From assembly GCA_030390025.1 (NCBI GenBank), contig CM059452.1, forward strand, positions 8,866,001 to 8,930,000: 64,000 nucleotides of DNA. The letters are read 5' to 3'. The notes under the pieces were generated by a model, which was not told the DNA's origin, made no database searches, and saw only the letters and a list, made by a program, of their open reading frames with translations. The stretch is from Squalus acanthias (Eukaryota). Below, piece after piece: positions 11,291 through 22,364 of the stretch. The stretch's first letter is position 1; each line of letters begins with the position of its first letter. The position numbers and the translations under genes are program-made.

Positions 11291-12090
11291 GACCTTCGTG
11301 GCTGCTTAAATCACTGACAGGGTGTGAGCCAACTGAACCACTGAATGGCTATTTATTACACCTCCCTAGGGGAAACTGCCACACAGTCAGAGTTCTCCTT
11401 ACAGGTCAATAGCACTTGGTCAGATTTATTGCAGGTTAACTAACGCACGGAAGTTCAATGAGGCAGCCAGTGACCGGAACAGCAAGAATAGCGAAAGAGT
11501 TCAGAAATCTCTCTATTTTCTCCACAGATCTCCCGAAACATTCAACTAATTTTCTCTTTCATGTCCTCTCCCATTCGGTTGTGGGTTTCCAACACCTCTG
11601 TTTTCAAGCTTGGAAAGTGGCATCTAAATATAGTGAAACTGAAATAGAGTAATGGGTCGGAGGATTTCCCGAGCACCTCAATACATTAAATATTTGGTTT
11701 TGAAGGATTACACGAGATGAATATGGGAACCGATCCTGTCCCATTAACGGAGCGACCAGCAGGAGTTCCTGGCGCTGTCAGCAACCTCTTTCTCGGAGCT
11801 GATCTGAACATCGATCCATGACTTTGAGGGAAAACAGCTGATCAGAAGCAGAAAGGACAGTTTAACCGGTCGGTTCATTCTGTGATCGATCTTTCGGGCC
11901 GATTGGATTCTGCAGTTTGTTTTCTCGGCCGCTCCTGGAAACAGTTGGGTGACAGTTTGATCCGAGGTTAATTTGGTTTCCTCTCGGTGTGTGTTTGAGC
12001 GCCTGACAGCGCGCTGCTCATTGTGGCTGCATCTGCCCGCGATTCCACACAACCCCAACAGACAGGAGCTCCGCCCTACAGTCCAATGGC

Positions 12091-12593
12091 AGTTTTTGTA
12101 CAGGGCTGAGACTGCTTTCCATCACTGTGAGTCTCAGGGCGCAGTAATACACGGCAGCGTCAGTCAGCTGCAGCCCGGAGATGGTTAAACTGGTGAATTT
12201 AGTCGAGGTCTGGAGCTCAGCAGAGAAACGGGTTTTAGCAAAATCTGCTTTATCTTCATAACCGCCCGAGCTTTTCCTCAGTATAAACTCGGGCTGTGTG
12301 TCTGGGTGTTGCCGGTACCAGTATAAATCATAGCCGCTCTGTGTAGTATCATAGGTACAGCTTAAAGTCACCGCTTCTCCTTCTGTCTTAACTCCTGAGG
12401 ACAGCGGCTGAGTGACAGAATCTCCAAGACTCAGATCTGAAAAACATGTTCAAACAGGAAAAGATCAGACCGGCGGGTGTTTAAAATTCAGATTCAAACC
12501 ATGTTAGAAATGAGAGAAAAGATGAAATGTGTTTGGTCCACAATTACCTGTCAGAAATGCCCCCCACACAGCCCAGATGCTGAGTAGCCGCAT
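12091..12593 (-). CDS. TCR alpha/delta V segment, apparently functional (leader 12593-12548, V exon 12436-12130, RSS 12129-12091)
   Basis: Leader MRLLSIWAVWGAFLT; V DSVTQP..TLSC..WYRQ..DAAVYYCALRL; CACAGTG-23-ACAAAAACT; GT/AG sites in phase. Confidence 0.93.
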
Positions 12594-13798
12594 TGTCGCT
12601 GTCCGCTCTGTAAAAGGGGGGTTGGATATTTGAAGACACCCGTTCTAATCCCCGCCCTCAATAATCTGCTGTCGTGTCTCAGGATGCTCTCACCTCACTT
12701 CCTTGTGTCCCCAGTGCTGCTGTGAGACCGGTAGGTGGTGAGCTGGCTGCCAGTGAATGGAAACACCCCGAGCTGGGCTACAGCCAGTGGGCTTATAGGG
12801 GAATGGTTCCGCTTTTAGAGACCGGGGGTGGGATTGAACCCGTGTCGAGTTTGTGACCAAAAAACTCAGGATTGTTAATGGATTTGGTTTATTCTGGGGT
12901 CAATTCTTTCTCCAGAATTCCGTTAGTTTCACCGTCAGGACACTGGTAGCCGTGACTGCTGTGAGCTTTCACTTACGGGTCAGTTAACTAGTGAACTAAC
13001 AATGATTCCTTATTTTATCGGAGTGATTTATAGATCTGTGATATTAGAGCGATGGTATCTGCTGTTACTGAACAAACAATTGAACAGACATAAAAATAAA
13101 CTCTCTCTGTAACTTAACCAGCGTTTCCCTTCTGTGGTTTGCATTAAAAATGTTTTAATTATATCTGACGATTTGTTACCTTCGTTGTGCCTGTAATGGT
13201 TAATTTACTGATCCATAATTTTCAGATTTTAAATTTTCAATGAGAGAGAATGGAGGGAGCGGCCCGTCGACGCGTTTCAGCACTTTCCCGCTGATGTTCC
13301 CGGCAGCAGAGGAGGGGCGGGGGGAGCGGCTTCAAACTCCCAGGGTGAGGTGCAGGGCGGGTTCTCGTTAACAAGAGCTCAACACCAGCAGGGAGTGAAA
13401 AACTGTCCTCACAACTTTCACTCAAATTAGAAAAGGATGTGGCGCAGAAAAAGAAACAAACTACAGGCGGTTTCGGTTTGTCTTTCGCCCCTTTAACATC
13501 GATCTCCGTCATCGGTACAGTTAATGGCTTCAGAAATCAGATCTCAGGCTGTGTCTTTCACTCACATTTTGATCTTTCTTTCCCCATCTTCCACACCCTT
13601 CTCACTGGGTTGTATCAGAAACCAATCCTTCAATATGATGGATGTCTTTTTGTGTTGATTATTTTCCGATGTGCCGAACCAGCCCGGTGAGGATTTCAAA
13701 TATTAAACTTCAAGTCATTCCAAAATTTACACAATCGTTGCAGAAACAGCGTTTAACTCACTGCCCGGGGTCTGATCCATAAAAGGAATATTGTGACA

Positions 13799-13815
13799 TG
13801 CCGCCCTCTGGTGGA
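13799..13815 (-). promoter_or_regulatory. CTCF-consensus motif
   Basis: Minus strand TCCACCAGAGGGCGGCA. Confidence 0.65.
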
Positions 13816-14111
13816 TATTCTGAGAACTGTTCCGATGTTGCTGGACAGGGTGCGAGGAATCCTGTCTTTATTCACTGACCTGTCTGTAGTTCCTGTTTAT
13901 GGGAAGCTGGGTTGGAGCGGTTTTGAATTAATATACCCAGCAGCCGCAAAGGTTTTACATCGTTAACCTTAAGACTGGAAGATGGAATTTCATTCCATGA
14001 TGAGTAAAGAGTGGAGACAGGGGATGAAAAGGGACTGGCAGGCACGGAAAGGGCATCGAAAGACAAAACGTGAGTTAAGGAGGCACAGATGCATTTGGGA
14101 AATGTATTTTT

Positions 14112-14780
14112 TATTATCTTCTTCTTTTTAGGCAGTCCCTCGGAACCGATTATGACTTGCTTCCACCTTAAAAATGAGTTCTCAGGTGACTGATGAGTCC
14201 AATGCGGGACCGACAGTCTCTGTCACAGGTGGGGCAGACGGTGGCTGAAGGGGCGGGTGGGTGGGGTGTTTGGGTTGACGTGCGCTCCTTGCGTTGCTTG
14301 CGCTTGGCTTCCGCTTGCTCCCGGCGAAGAGATCGAGGTGTTGGACGCCTTCCCGGATGCTTCTCCTCCACTTTGTGCGATCTTGGGCCAGGGATTCCCA
14401 GGTGTCAGTGGGAATGTTGCACGTTTTCAAGGAGGCTTTGAGGGTGTCCTTGAAGCGTTTCCTCTGCCCACCTGGGGCTCTCTTGCCGTGTCGGAGCTCC
14501 GAGTAGAGCGCTTGTTTTGGGAGTCTTGTATCGGGCATGCGGACAATGTGACCCCTCCATCGGAGCGGATCGAGCGTGGTCAGAGCTTCGATGCTGGGGA
14601 TGTTTGCCTGAGCGCGAACACTGACGTTGGTGCGCCTATCCTGCCAATGGATTTGCAGGATCTTGCGGAGGCAGCGTTGGTGGTACCTCTCCAGTGCTTT
14701 GAGGTGCCTGTTGTACATGGTCCATGTCTCTGAGGCATACAGCAGGGCGGGTATCACTGCTGCTCTGTAGACCATGAGTT
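14112..14780 (-). mobile_element. RTE-clade LINE 3' fragment (frameshifted)
   Basis: LLYASETW..RLPKQALYSEL..GGQRKRFKDTLK..WESLAQDR and a C-terminal CPTC..HLRTH zinc finger; short tandem tail. Confidence 0.88.
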
Positions 14781-14948
14781 TAGAGCTCAGTGATTTTTAT
14801 TATAAATGATAGTTGAAATCACCAACTAATATAATTCCGCTGGTGGACCTCACCGGTTCTTGTGTGTTGTGTTTCATTGGCCTTTTAAGAAGGTCCCTGT
14901 GACTCTCACTGTGGAGACTGAATTGTCGCTTCTGTTTATCGGTGTGAG

Positions 14949-14964
14949 AGCGCCCTCTGGTGAG
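14949..14964 (-). promoter_or_regulatory. CTCF-consensus motif just 3' of a V RSS
   Basis: Minus strand CTCACCAGAGGGCGCT, about 23 bp beyond the nonamer at 14988. Confidence 0.65.
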
Positions 14965-14987
14965 CACTAACTGGAATTCTCAGTCTG

Positions 14988-15487
14988 GGTTTTTTACGGG
15001 ATCCTCAATATCTCTGCAGCAGTGTGGGGCTCATAGCACAGAAATACATGGCGGTGTCGGAGATCAGGGCGTTGCTGATCGTTAGCTCAGTAATCTTGGT
15101 ATTTTTATTACACGTAGAAGAGAATCGGTCAGTGAAGTCGGGGTTCCGGTTTACTATTCCTGCAATGATATAAACCACGTACTGTGGAAGCTGCCCGGGG
15201 TGCTGACTGTACCAGAACACATAAAGGGTAGAAGCGCTTCTTTACGAGGTGCAGTTTAGTGTGGCATAAATTTTCTCTTCAACCGTCATTTCAGGAACCG
15301 GTTGTTCCACTGTGTCTTGGCGGCTCCATTCTGACACAAAATAACAATAATAGTCATCATCATCATCATTTTATAAATCATAACATCTGGGTCACAGCAG
15401 TCAGGGAGACAATGGATTTTTACTGGGCAGGTAATACTTACTGAGAAGTGATATAATGACGAGGAGCGGTGCGAGACGGTTTTACAT
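14988..15487 (-). pseudogene. TCR V pseudogene
   Basis: Leader starts ATG TAA; V exon 15330-15027 has an in-frame TAA (15244-15242) after LNCTS; WYSQ..DTAMYFC retained; RSS CACACTG-23-TAAAAAACC. Confidence 0.88.
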
Positions 15488-15986
15488 GGCGCTCCCTGAG
15501 TCTGTAACTCTGCAGTCCGGGAAATCCTCTCTCGGATCAGAATTACCGATCCCCACACCACTGCATTGCTGATCCAACCAATGCCAAACAGGGAGCAGCG
15601 GCAAACATCTCTCCAATAGCACAGGGCAGGCAAGGCGTGTCAGAGCGAGAGCAGCAAACGGAAGCTGAGGGTGGGGCTGCCTCAGACTCAAAACTGAGCA
15701 AATTCTGAGCTCTGTGTAACCACAGAAAGTGCGCGGCGCCGCTCAGCTGCACTCGGAGATGATGGAGCGGAAAGGGCATTGGTTGGGTCTTGAGAAGTCT
15801 GTGGTCTACCTGCTGCTGCTCACTGATGAAATGACTGGGAACGAGTAGAGTGGGAGGGAAATAAAGAGATTACACAGCTGTAATCTAGAGTTCTGAGACA
15901 CAATATTTTGCAGAGATGCTTTTATATATAATCTATAAATCCTAAACCCCCTCAATGATCTCATTCTAAATCGGATTGAACAGAAT

Positions 15987-16005
15987 CCACCAGCAGAGGG
16001 CGCCA
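15987..16005 (+). promoter_or_regulatory. CTCF-consensus motif in V promoter
   Basis: CCACCAGCAGAGGGCGCCA, followed by TCR-V decamer-like AGTGATGTCA at 16072. Confidence 0.7.
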
Positions 16006-16191
16006 AATTCAAGCATGGTAATTAGAAAGTCACGCGATGAAAACACCACAGCGAATAGCAATTGTAACCTCAGTGATGTCACAATGGGTCCGCCCCTTGC
16101 AGTGAACAATGAGCTGAACAGCCCTGGTTACCGTCCCCTTCTCAATCTCGGCCTCATTCAATTCCAAGTCACTGTGAGAATTCAGTCAGGT

Positions 16192-16550
16192 ATGTTGCTA
16201 ATAATATTGGCGGCAGTGTTGGACAGTAAGTAGTGGATTATCTTAAACAACACAGGTTATCAGATCGATGCAAAGTTGGTTCGGTGCAGTTAGATTGCGA
16301 ATATACAGTCCTAGATGTTTACGCCATGCAATGGTATTGCCAGAAACCGGCACAGCCTCCAAGCTGGGTAAATAGCAAAGCAGTAGCACTGAAGGAAGTC
16401 GAAATCTCAGGGCAATATCTGGCGGCTGTTGGCAAGTCTAGAAAGTACGGTTACCTCAATGTAAGCGGCCTGAGTATGGAGGACGGGGCGGTCTATAACT
16501 GTGCAGTGAGGCATAGCGTCAGATAAAAACAAAAGCCCCGCACAAAAACC
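16192..16550 (+). pseudogene. TCR V pseudogene (5' deletion, broken heptamer)
   Basis: Short leader MLLIILAAVLD plus gtaagt; most of the intron and FR1 missing; LDC..WYCQ..EDGAVYNCAVR; RSS CATAGCG-23-ACAAAAACC lacks the invariant CAC. Confidence 0.85.
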
Positions 16551-16892
16551 TCAGCGAGCATTTACACCTTCTTGAAGTGCTTTTTGGTGCTTTTATCTGT
16601 GGGGTTAGATTGATCCCAAAGTCACGAAGACCACAGACTGTCAGGTTGCTATATCAAACTGTTGTATTCGTGTCTTTGTCTTTGTCCAAATCAGCGGAGA
16701 ACCAATCTGGGAAATACAGAGAATTATCTCCCCGCCCCAAGCGATATCTCCTGTGGAAATATCTCGGAGCTAACCCGGGATAATGAAGGACCAGTAGAGG
16801 AAAGGCAAACTATCGGAAGTGGGGAAACTACAGCTGAGTATTATGGTCTGTTCTTCTAGAACCGTTAATTCAGACGGATCCTGGGACACTGA

Positions 16893-17030
16893 TACAAAAA
16901 GAAAATGCTGCAGATGCTGGAAATCTGAAATAAAAACAGAAAATGCTGGAGAAACTCAGCAGGTCAGGCAGCATCTGTGAAGAGAGAAACAGAGTCAACG
17001 TTTCAGGTCGATGACCTTTCGTCAGAACTC
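16893..17030 (-). mobile_element. Short Penelope-LTR-like element with hammerhead core
   Basis: Same family as 45779-45898; minus strand CTGACGA-a-aggtc-atc-gacct-GAAA-cgtt. Confidence 0.65.
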
Positions 17031-17114
17031 AGACTTCACCTATTGGGAGACTGGGGGCGGTTCCCAGGGACAGTGTTATAAAACACCCAGCGCTCTGATA
17101 ATGGCACAGCCTAG

Positions 17115-17658
17115 AGTTTTTGTACGGTCTCTGCTGATCTTTGCTGCACTGTGTCTCCACCGCACAGAAATAGGTGGCGGTGTCTGTCACTCGAGCGTCG
17201 CTAACATTCAGAGCACTGCGCTTCTCTACTGAACTGAAGCGAGCCGTGATCCTGCTCTGATCGCTAGTACCGGTCGCCAGGTGCTGCACGGTTCGTCTCG
17301 GGAATTGTCTGTACCATTGTAGGACCTGTCCTGCGACTGTGGTGGAACAGGTCAACGATGCAGTGTCTCCCTCAGTAACAACCACTGACTCGGGAGACTG
17401 CGATACCTCTTCACTGCCAGTGGCATCTGAGACGAATATATAATATAATATATAATTAAGTCAATGTAATTAATATAATATAATTTTAGAATGTAATATA
17501 ATACAACAAAACATATCATAAAATAATAATAAATAAACAATAAAAATTACATATAAGATGTAAAATATTCCCGATAGACAGAGATTGTGACCACACTCAC
17601 ACGGAGGGGAGAGTACGAAATCCAGGGAGATAATCATTAAAGTGAAGCTCAGCTTCAT
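17115..17658 (-). CDS. TCR alpha/delta V segment, apparently functional (leader 17658-17601, V exon 17426-17154)
   Basis: Leader MKLSFTLMIISLDFVLSPP; V EVSQSPES..LTC..WYRQ..DTATYFCAVE; CACAGTG-23-ACAAAAACT. Confidence 0.9.
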
Positions 17659-17958
17659 GTCGGATCCTATCGATTTTTGTAAAGTGATTGCCGGCAGATC
17701 CAGGTCGAGAGAGGCTCCTGGAGAAGGCTGTTGTGTATCTGAGCCCAACACCACACTGTGCCCGTTACACACGGGTCTCTGGGACTCAAAAAGTGAACCT
17801 GTGAGGGAAGCTCTGGGCTCAGCATTGATGGGGATTGGCGGAGCGGTACAGCGCATGCGTCAGAGCATCGGCGCGTCATCCTGAATCAAATAGGATCAGA
17901 GAGAGCACAAATAATCAACAATGTTCTGAGATCAGCTCAAAGAGGACCACTTAAACCC

Positions 17959-17976
17959 GGCCACCAGGTGGCGCTG
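17959..17976 (+). promoter_or_regulatory. CTCF-consensus motif
   Basis: GGCCACCAGGTGGCGCTG. Confidence 0.72.
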
Positions 17977-19294
17977 ACAGGTAGCTGCTTTCCACCGCCG
18001 GTCACGTTGCATCAACCAATACAGACTGATATTCTTTTAAATATAAATGAACAAGAAATTCCTTTTTTCCTTTATATATTCACTGACAGTGTCACAATTT
18101 CACGCATTACTTGACTGTAAATGAGCTTGTCACCTCCAGTTGACAGTTTCGAATTAAATACCTTTCTCATTAATAATTACAATTCGGAATTTGTTGGACT
18201 TTTGTTATATTATCCAACATCTGTTTCCACCCCCATAGTTTAATCCCAGCTCAGCGATGAAGATGCTTGTAGCTGCTTTAATAACTGCAAATCCTTTCGC
18301 GAGCCTGGGGATAACACAGTTCTTATAGAGAATCGGAGTTACATAGTTCCCAAAGGGTACATTATTATTGATGTAATTTCCTCACACATGTATTGTCTGT
18401 GTGTTGTACGGCTGAATGCTGCAATTAAACAAACGGCGTCAACAGATATTAAATCCGTTTGACCCTGTCAAAGTGAACATCCCTTGTAAAGTGACCCCAG
18501 ATCCTGGCGAGTATTCCATGTGTTCTTCACCGCATTCCCTGCACATGTGGGCCCTTTACACTATCAGCACCCTTTTAAATTCACCCTTAGCTATTTCAAC
18601 ACTACTCATGAGGTATGTATGTTCTTCATTGTCCCTTCTCATGGACAATACTTCACACTTTTTCTAGATTAAATTTAATCTACCATAATCGTCTGTATTT
18701 TTCTCTCTCTCGGTGGGTGAATCCATTCAACGGGACCGCTAATGTTCAGTTCTCCCTTGTATTCTGTAGCCCCGGGTAATTTATCAATTAATCTGTCTGA
18801 CAAACTGCTCTCCCCAGTCACCCCACCAGAAAAGGAGGCCTCCATCCCCATTGTCTAGGCTGCATTTGAACACAGAGTCCCAGAGGGTGAAACGCTGACT
18901 TCGGAGTCATTGCAAGAATCCGATTTCCCCCACCAGAGTGAACAGACACCAATCGCTTTTGACGTTAACAAAGTCCAACCAGCCCGAATATCGGCTGTGT
19001 CGGTGAGAAACACGTCAGCCGTCTGATAATTGGATGCTGAGGAACAAAGATATAAGAGGCGGCCGCCTTTGCCAGTCGCTGACAAATTAAAAAATCGGTT
19101 ATCGAATTGATTAGTGATACAGACGCCTTGCCAGCGACGCCGACATCCAGAGAATTTCAGAAACAATATCCTGAAATGCGATGCATCGAATTGGAACCGA
19201 CACCTTTTTATTGTCATGTGACTATTCTGAATGAAGAAGATTGATTGTAAAATAAACCTATTGAGCGTGTTGCCAGTTTGTCTTGTATTAGCAG

Positions 19295-19591
19295 GGGTCC
19301 GTGGTGAGGAGGGGATTCCCAAACCGAGCAGGTGACGGCGGTGGAGGGACAATCGATTCAAATCCGGTGCGATGCGACCACCAGGAGCAGCGATAGGATT
19401 TTGTGGTACCTGCAAATACAGGGCCGGGCACCGGATTTACAATCTCCGCCTATCAGGGTAATACAACCGACGGGAGCGGAGGGTTCGATTTCATTTTCGG
19501 TGTGCGGGAAACCGCGGCTCCAGACTCCGGGGTGTATTACTGTGCGAACACGCACATTGGGGCAAACGGTGAGACATCCTGTACAATAAGT
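19295..19591 (+). pseudogene. Frameshifted TCR V pseudogene
   Basis: EGQSIQIRC..LWYLQ and DSGVYYCA lie in different frames; RSS CACATTG-23-ACAATAAGT; no leader recognised. Confidence 0.85.
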
Positions 19592-20169
19592 CTCGTCTAT
19601 CTCAGTCATCGAGATCAGGACTTTTAACCTGACCATCTTGGTTCCCCCTTTAGAAAACAGACATTCAGAATTGCAGTATTGCCATTTAGAGTCATCTAAC
19701 AAAGGTCTACATGGTTAGAGAAAGGGTTAATGGTGTCGCCACTTTAAGTGGACGCACTTGTAGGAATCCCTGAGGGACTGGGTTACCCAGCAACCGGGAT
19801 TTCACTGGGATACATTAAATATGGTGGTGTCATATTATTAAATACTCACTTAGGAAGCTACAGACAGTCGTCAGGGCAACTAGGGATGGTCAATAAATGC
19901 CGGCTTTGCCAGCGACGCCGACAGCCAGAGAATGAATTAAGAAAAACTGTATATAACATTTTATGGCGTTTTCAGTTTTATTATTTATGTGTCACTTCAA
20001 ATGAAATAAATGAAAATGGAAGTTACTACAATATTTAGCTCCGTGGTGGTTTAATTTCTCCCTGCAGTAAACATCCTGTTCACAGTAAAATAAATAGGAA
20101 CAAAATACAAATAATTCAGAGAGTGAATACTTAGTTTGACCAATTCGACAAATACGCATTTACCCGAAG

Positions 20170-20186
20170 CCACCACCAGGTGGCGC
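20170..20186 (+). promoter_or_regulatory. CTCF-consensus motif
   Basis: CCACCACCAGGTGGCGC. Confidence 0.68.
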
Positions 20187-20795
20187 GCCTGTCTGTCAGG
20201 AGCTTTCACATTGATATAGGACTTAAAGGACAATCAAAAATTTCCGCTTCTGTTTGTCTTATACAACGAAAGCATCGAGACCAAAGGCAGGACGGACGTC
20301 ACGGTAACTATAAAGAGGACGGATAAGAGAAGGAAATATGAGGTAAATATTCATTTAAAGGAGTAAAGAAGGAGAAAGATTTAGGGGTTCAGATACAGAA
20401 AGTTTGGAAGAAGTTGATGATGCTGTAAAATTCTATGATTCTAAGACCACGATGACCATTTGAGATAGAAATACGACACAGATCAAATCTTCCTGAACAA
20501 TTTAATCTGTCGTTACACACAGCTACCAGTGGAATTCCTTCCCAGTGACGATTCAAGGGGTCTCTGGTTTGAGAGACAGCCAATCCCCGAGTGGGACTGT
20601 GAATGACGTCAGGTGACAACATCCCATAATAGGCCGATTGGTGAGAATGTCGCCCATCAGTCTCACACTGTACGGGTGAAAGTGAAGCTCTCCCCTCTCC
20701 TCCCCTCCCAACCATTGAAAGTCCGGGACTCGGCAGCAAGGTCTAGTCTGGAAATCAGACCCGGATTGATCCGCCTTTTGTCCATCTTCATCGTC

Positions 20796-21262
20796 ATGAA
20801 CAGGAACCTCGGCAAAGACCTGTTTCCAGTTGGAGCCCTGGTGCTGTTGATGTTGTGTGAGTTCATTTATCAGCTCAGACGCCTTGTTTCATTAATCTCT
20901 TAATAGCTTGTGGTTGTTGAGTGAGTTTGTTTTGTTCACAGCCGTTCGGTGTGAGGATCGGATCTCACCCGCTGAGCAGGTGGTGTCTCGGGAAGGGGAA
21001 CGGGCTGAACTGGACTGCCGGCTCTCCGTTGGTACTGGGGATACGGTAGCCTGGTACAGACAAGCACTGACGGGGGCGCTGACATTTATCGGCTCCATAT
21101 ACGAGGGGAATAAGACTACAGGACGCTACAAACTCTCCTTTGACCGAGTGAAGAAGTCCAACACCATCTCTATAGACGGCACCTCGGCCAGAGACGCCGG
21201 AGTGTATCACTGTGCGGTGGGGACACAGTGAGGCAAAGAGCGGCTCCAGCTGCACAATATCC
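20796..21262 (+). CDS. TCR alpha/delta V segment, apparently functional (leader 20796-20856, V exon 20942-21223)
   Basis: Phase-1 gtgagt/cacag splice in frame; ELDC..WYRQ..DAGVYHCAVG; CACAGTG-23-ACAATATCC; CRE TGACGTCA at 20604. Confidence 0.9.
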
Positions 21263-21487
21263 TGTTCACTGCCCAGTCTCCGCTGCACCCTTAACCTTTC
21301 CTCAAATCAAGTACTTTAGAAATGCCGGTGATATTCAGAAATGTTAGTTTCCCGTGTTCAACCTTCCATCTGGATAAAGTTACAATATCTTATAGCTATA
21401 ACTACAGAGACAGTGAATCGAAACATATTAACTAAGATTTTCTATGCTTGGTTGTACAACATACAGAGTAAATAGATGGACAGACAA

Positions 21488-21743
21488 NNNNNNNNNNNNN
21501 NNNNNNNNNNNNNNNNNNNNNNNNNNNNNNNNNNNNNNNNNNNNNNNNNNNNNNNNNNNNNNNNNNNNNNNNNNNNNNNNNNNNNNNNNNNNNNNNNNNN
21601 NNNNNNNNNNNNNNNNNNNNNNNNNNNNNNNNNNNNNNNNNNNNNNNNNNNNNNNNNNNNNNNNNNNNNNNNNNNNNNNNNNNNNNNNNNNNNNNNNNNN
21701 NNNNNNNNNNNNNNNNNNNNNNNNNNNNNNNNNNNNNNNNNNN
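21488..21743. other. Assembly gap (256 N)
   Basis: Run of N. Confidence 1.
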
Positions 21744-21783
21744 TATCCACTCAATTTGTTACATTCTCCTTGCATGTATCATT

Positions 21784-22131
21784 ATGTTAATTCTTGTTCT
21801 TGGTTTGGCAGCTGCTCCTTGTCACTCGGAGACATTCCAAATATCGGTTTATCGGGGAACCGAAGGACAAACCATTTCGCTTCATCACAAAGCTACTTTC
21901 ACTACAAATGAGCTCGTATTCTGGTACCGGCAGTTCTCCAATCAGGCTCCCGAGTATCTCAGCTCCACATTCAGAGAAGAAAGAGTTGAGGGCAGGTTTA
22001 AAGTGTCTGTGGACCGTGAGAAAGGCTCCACCACTCTCACCGTTAACACGGCTCGCCTGTCAGATGCCGCGCTGTATTACAGTGCGGTGAGACACGGTGA
22101 AACAAAGAGGTGAGGAGCCTGGACAAGAACT
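21784..22131 (+). CDS. TCR V segment with open frame but both canonical Cys replaced (ORF or pseudogene)
   Basis: EGQTISLHH (Cys to His), FWYRQ, LSDAALYYSAVR (Cys to Ser); RSS CACGGTG-23-ACAAGAACT. Confidence 0.8.
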
Positions 22132-22364
22132 CACTCATCGCGGGGACCGAGGAGACTCCCAGCCCACGGGTTTCAGAAGCGAGTGCGATAAAAGTACAAT
22201 CAGTAACAAGGTAATTAACATCAGTAAAGTACATCATCAGTGCCATTTAATAGAATAAAAATAAGATTTATTGTTTATTTGGAAATACAAGTTCATTCTT
22301 TTCACAAATTCACCCATAATCGGCCCTGATCATGCTGGAACTTCTCGATTATCTCTCCCGCACT

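Noticed and set aside
21428-21911. ORFs spanning X runs
   Set aside because: Artefacts of the N gap.
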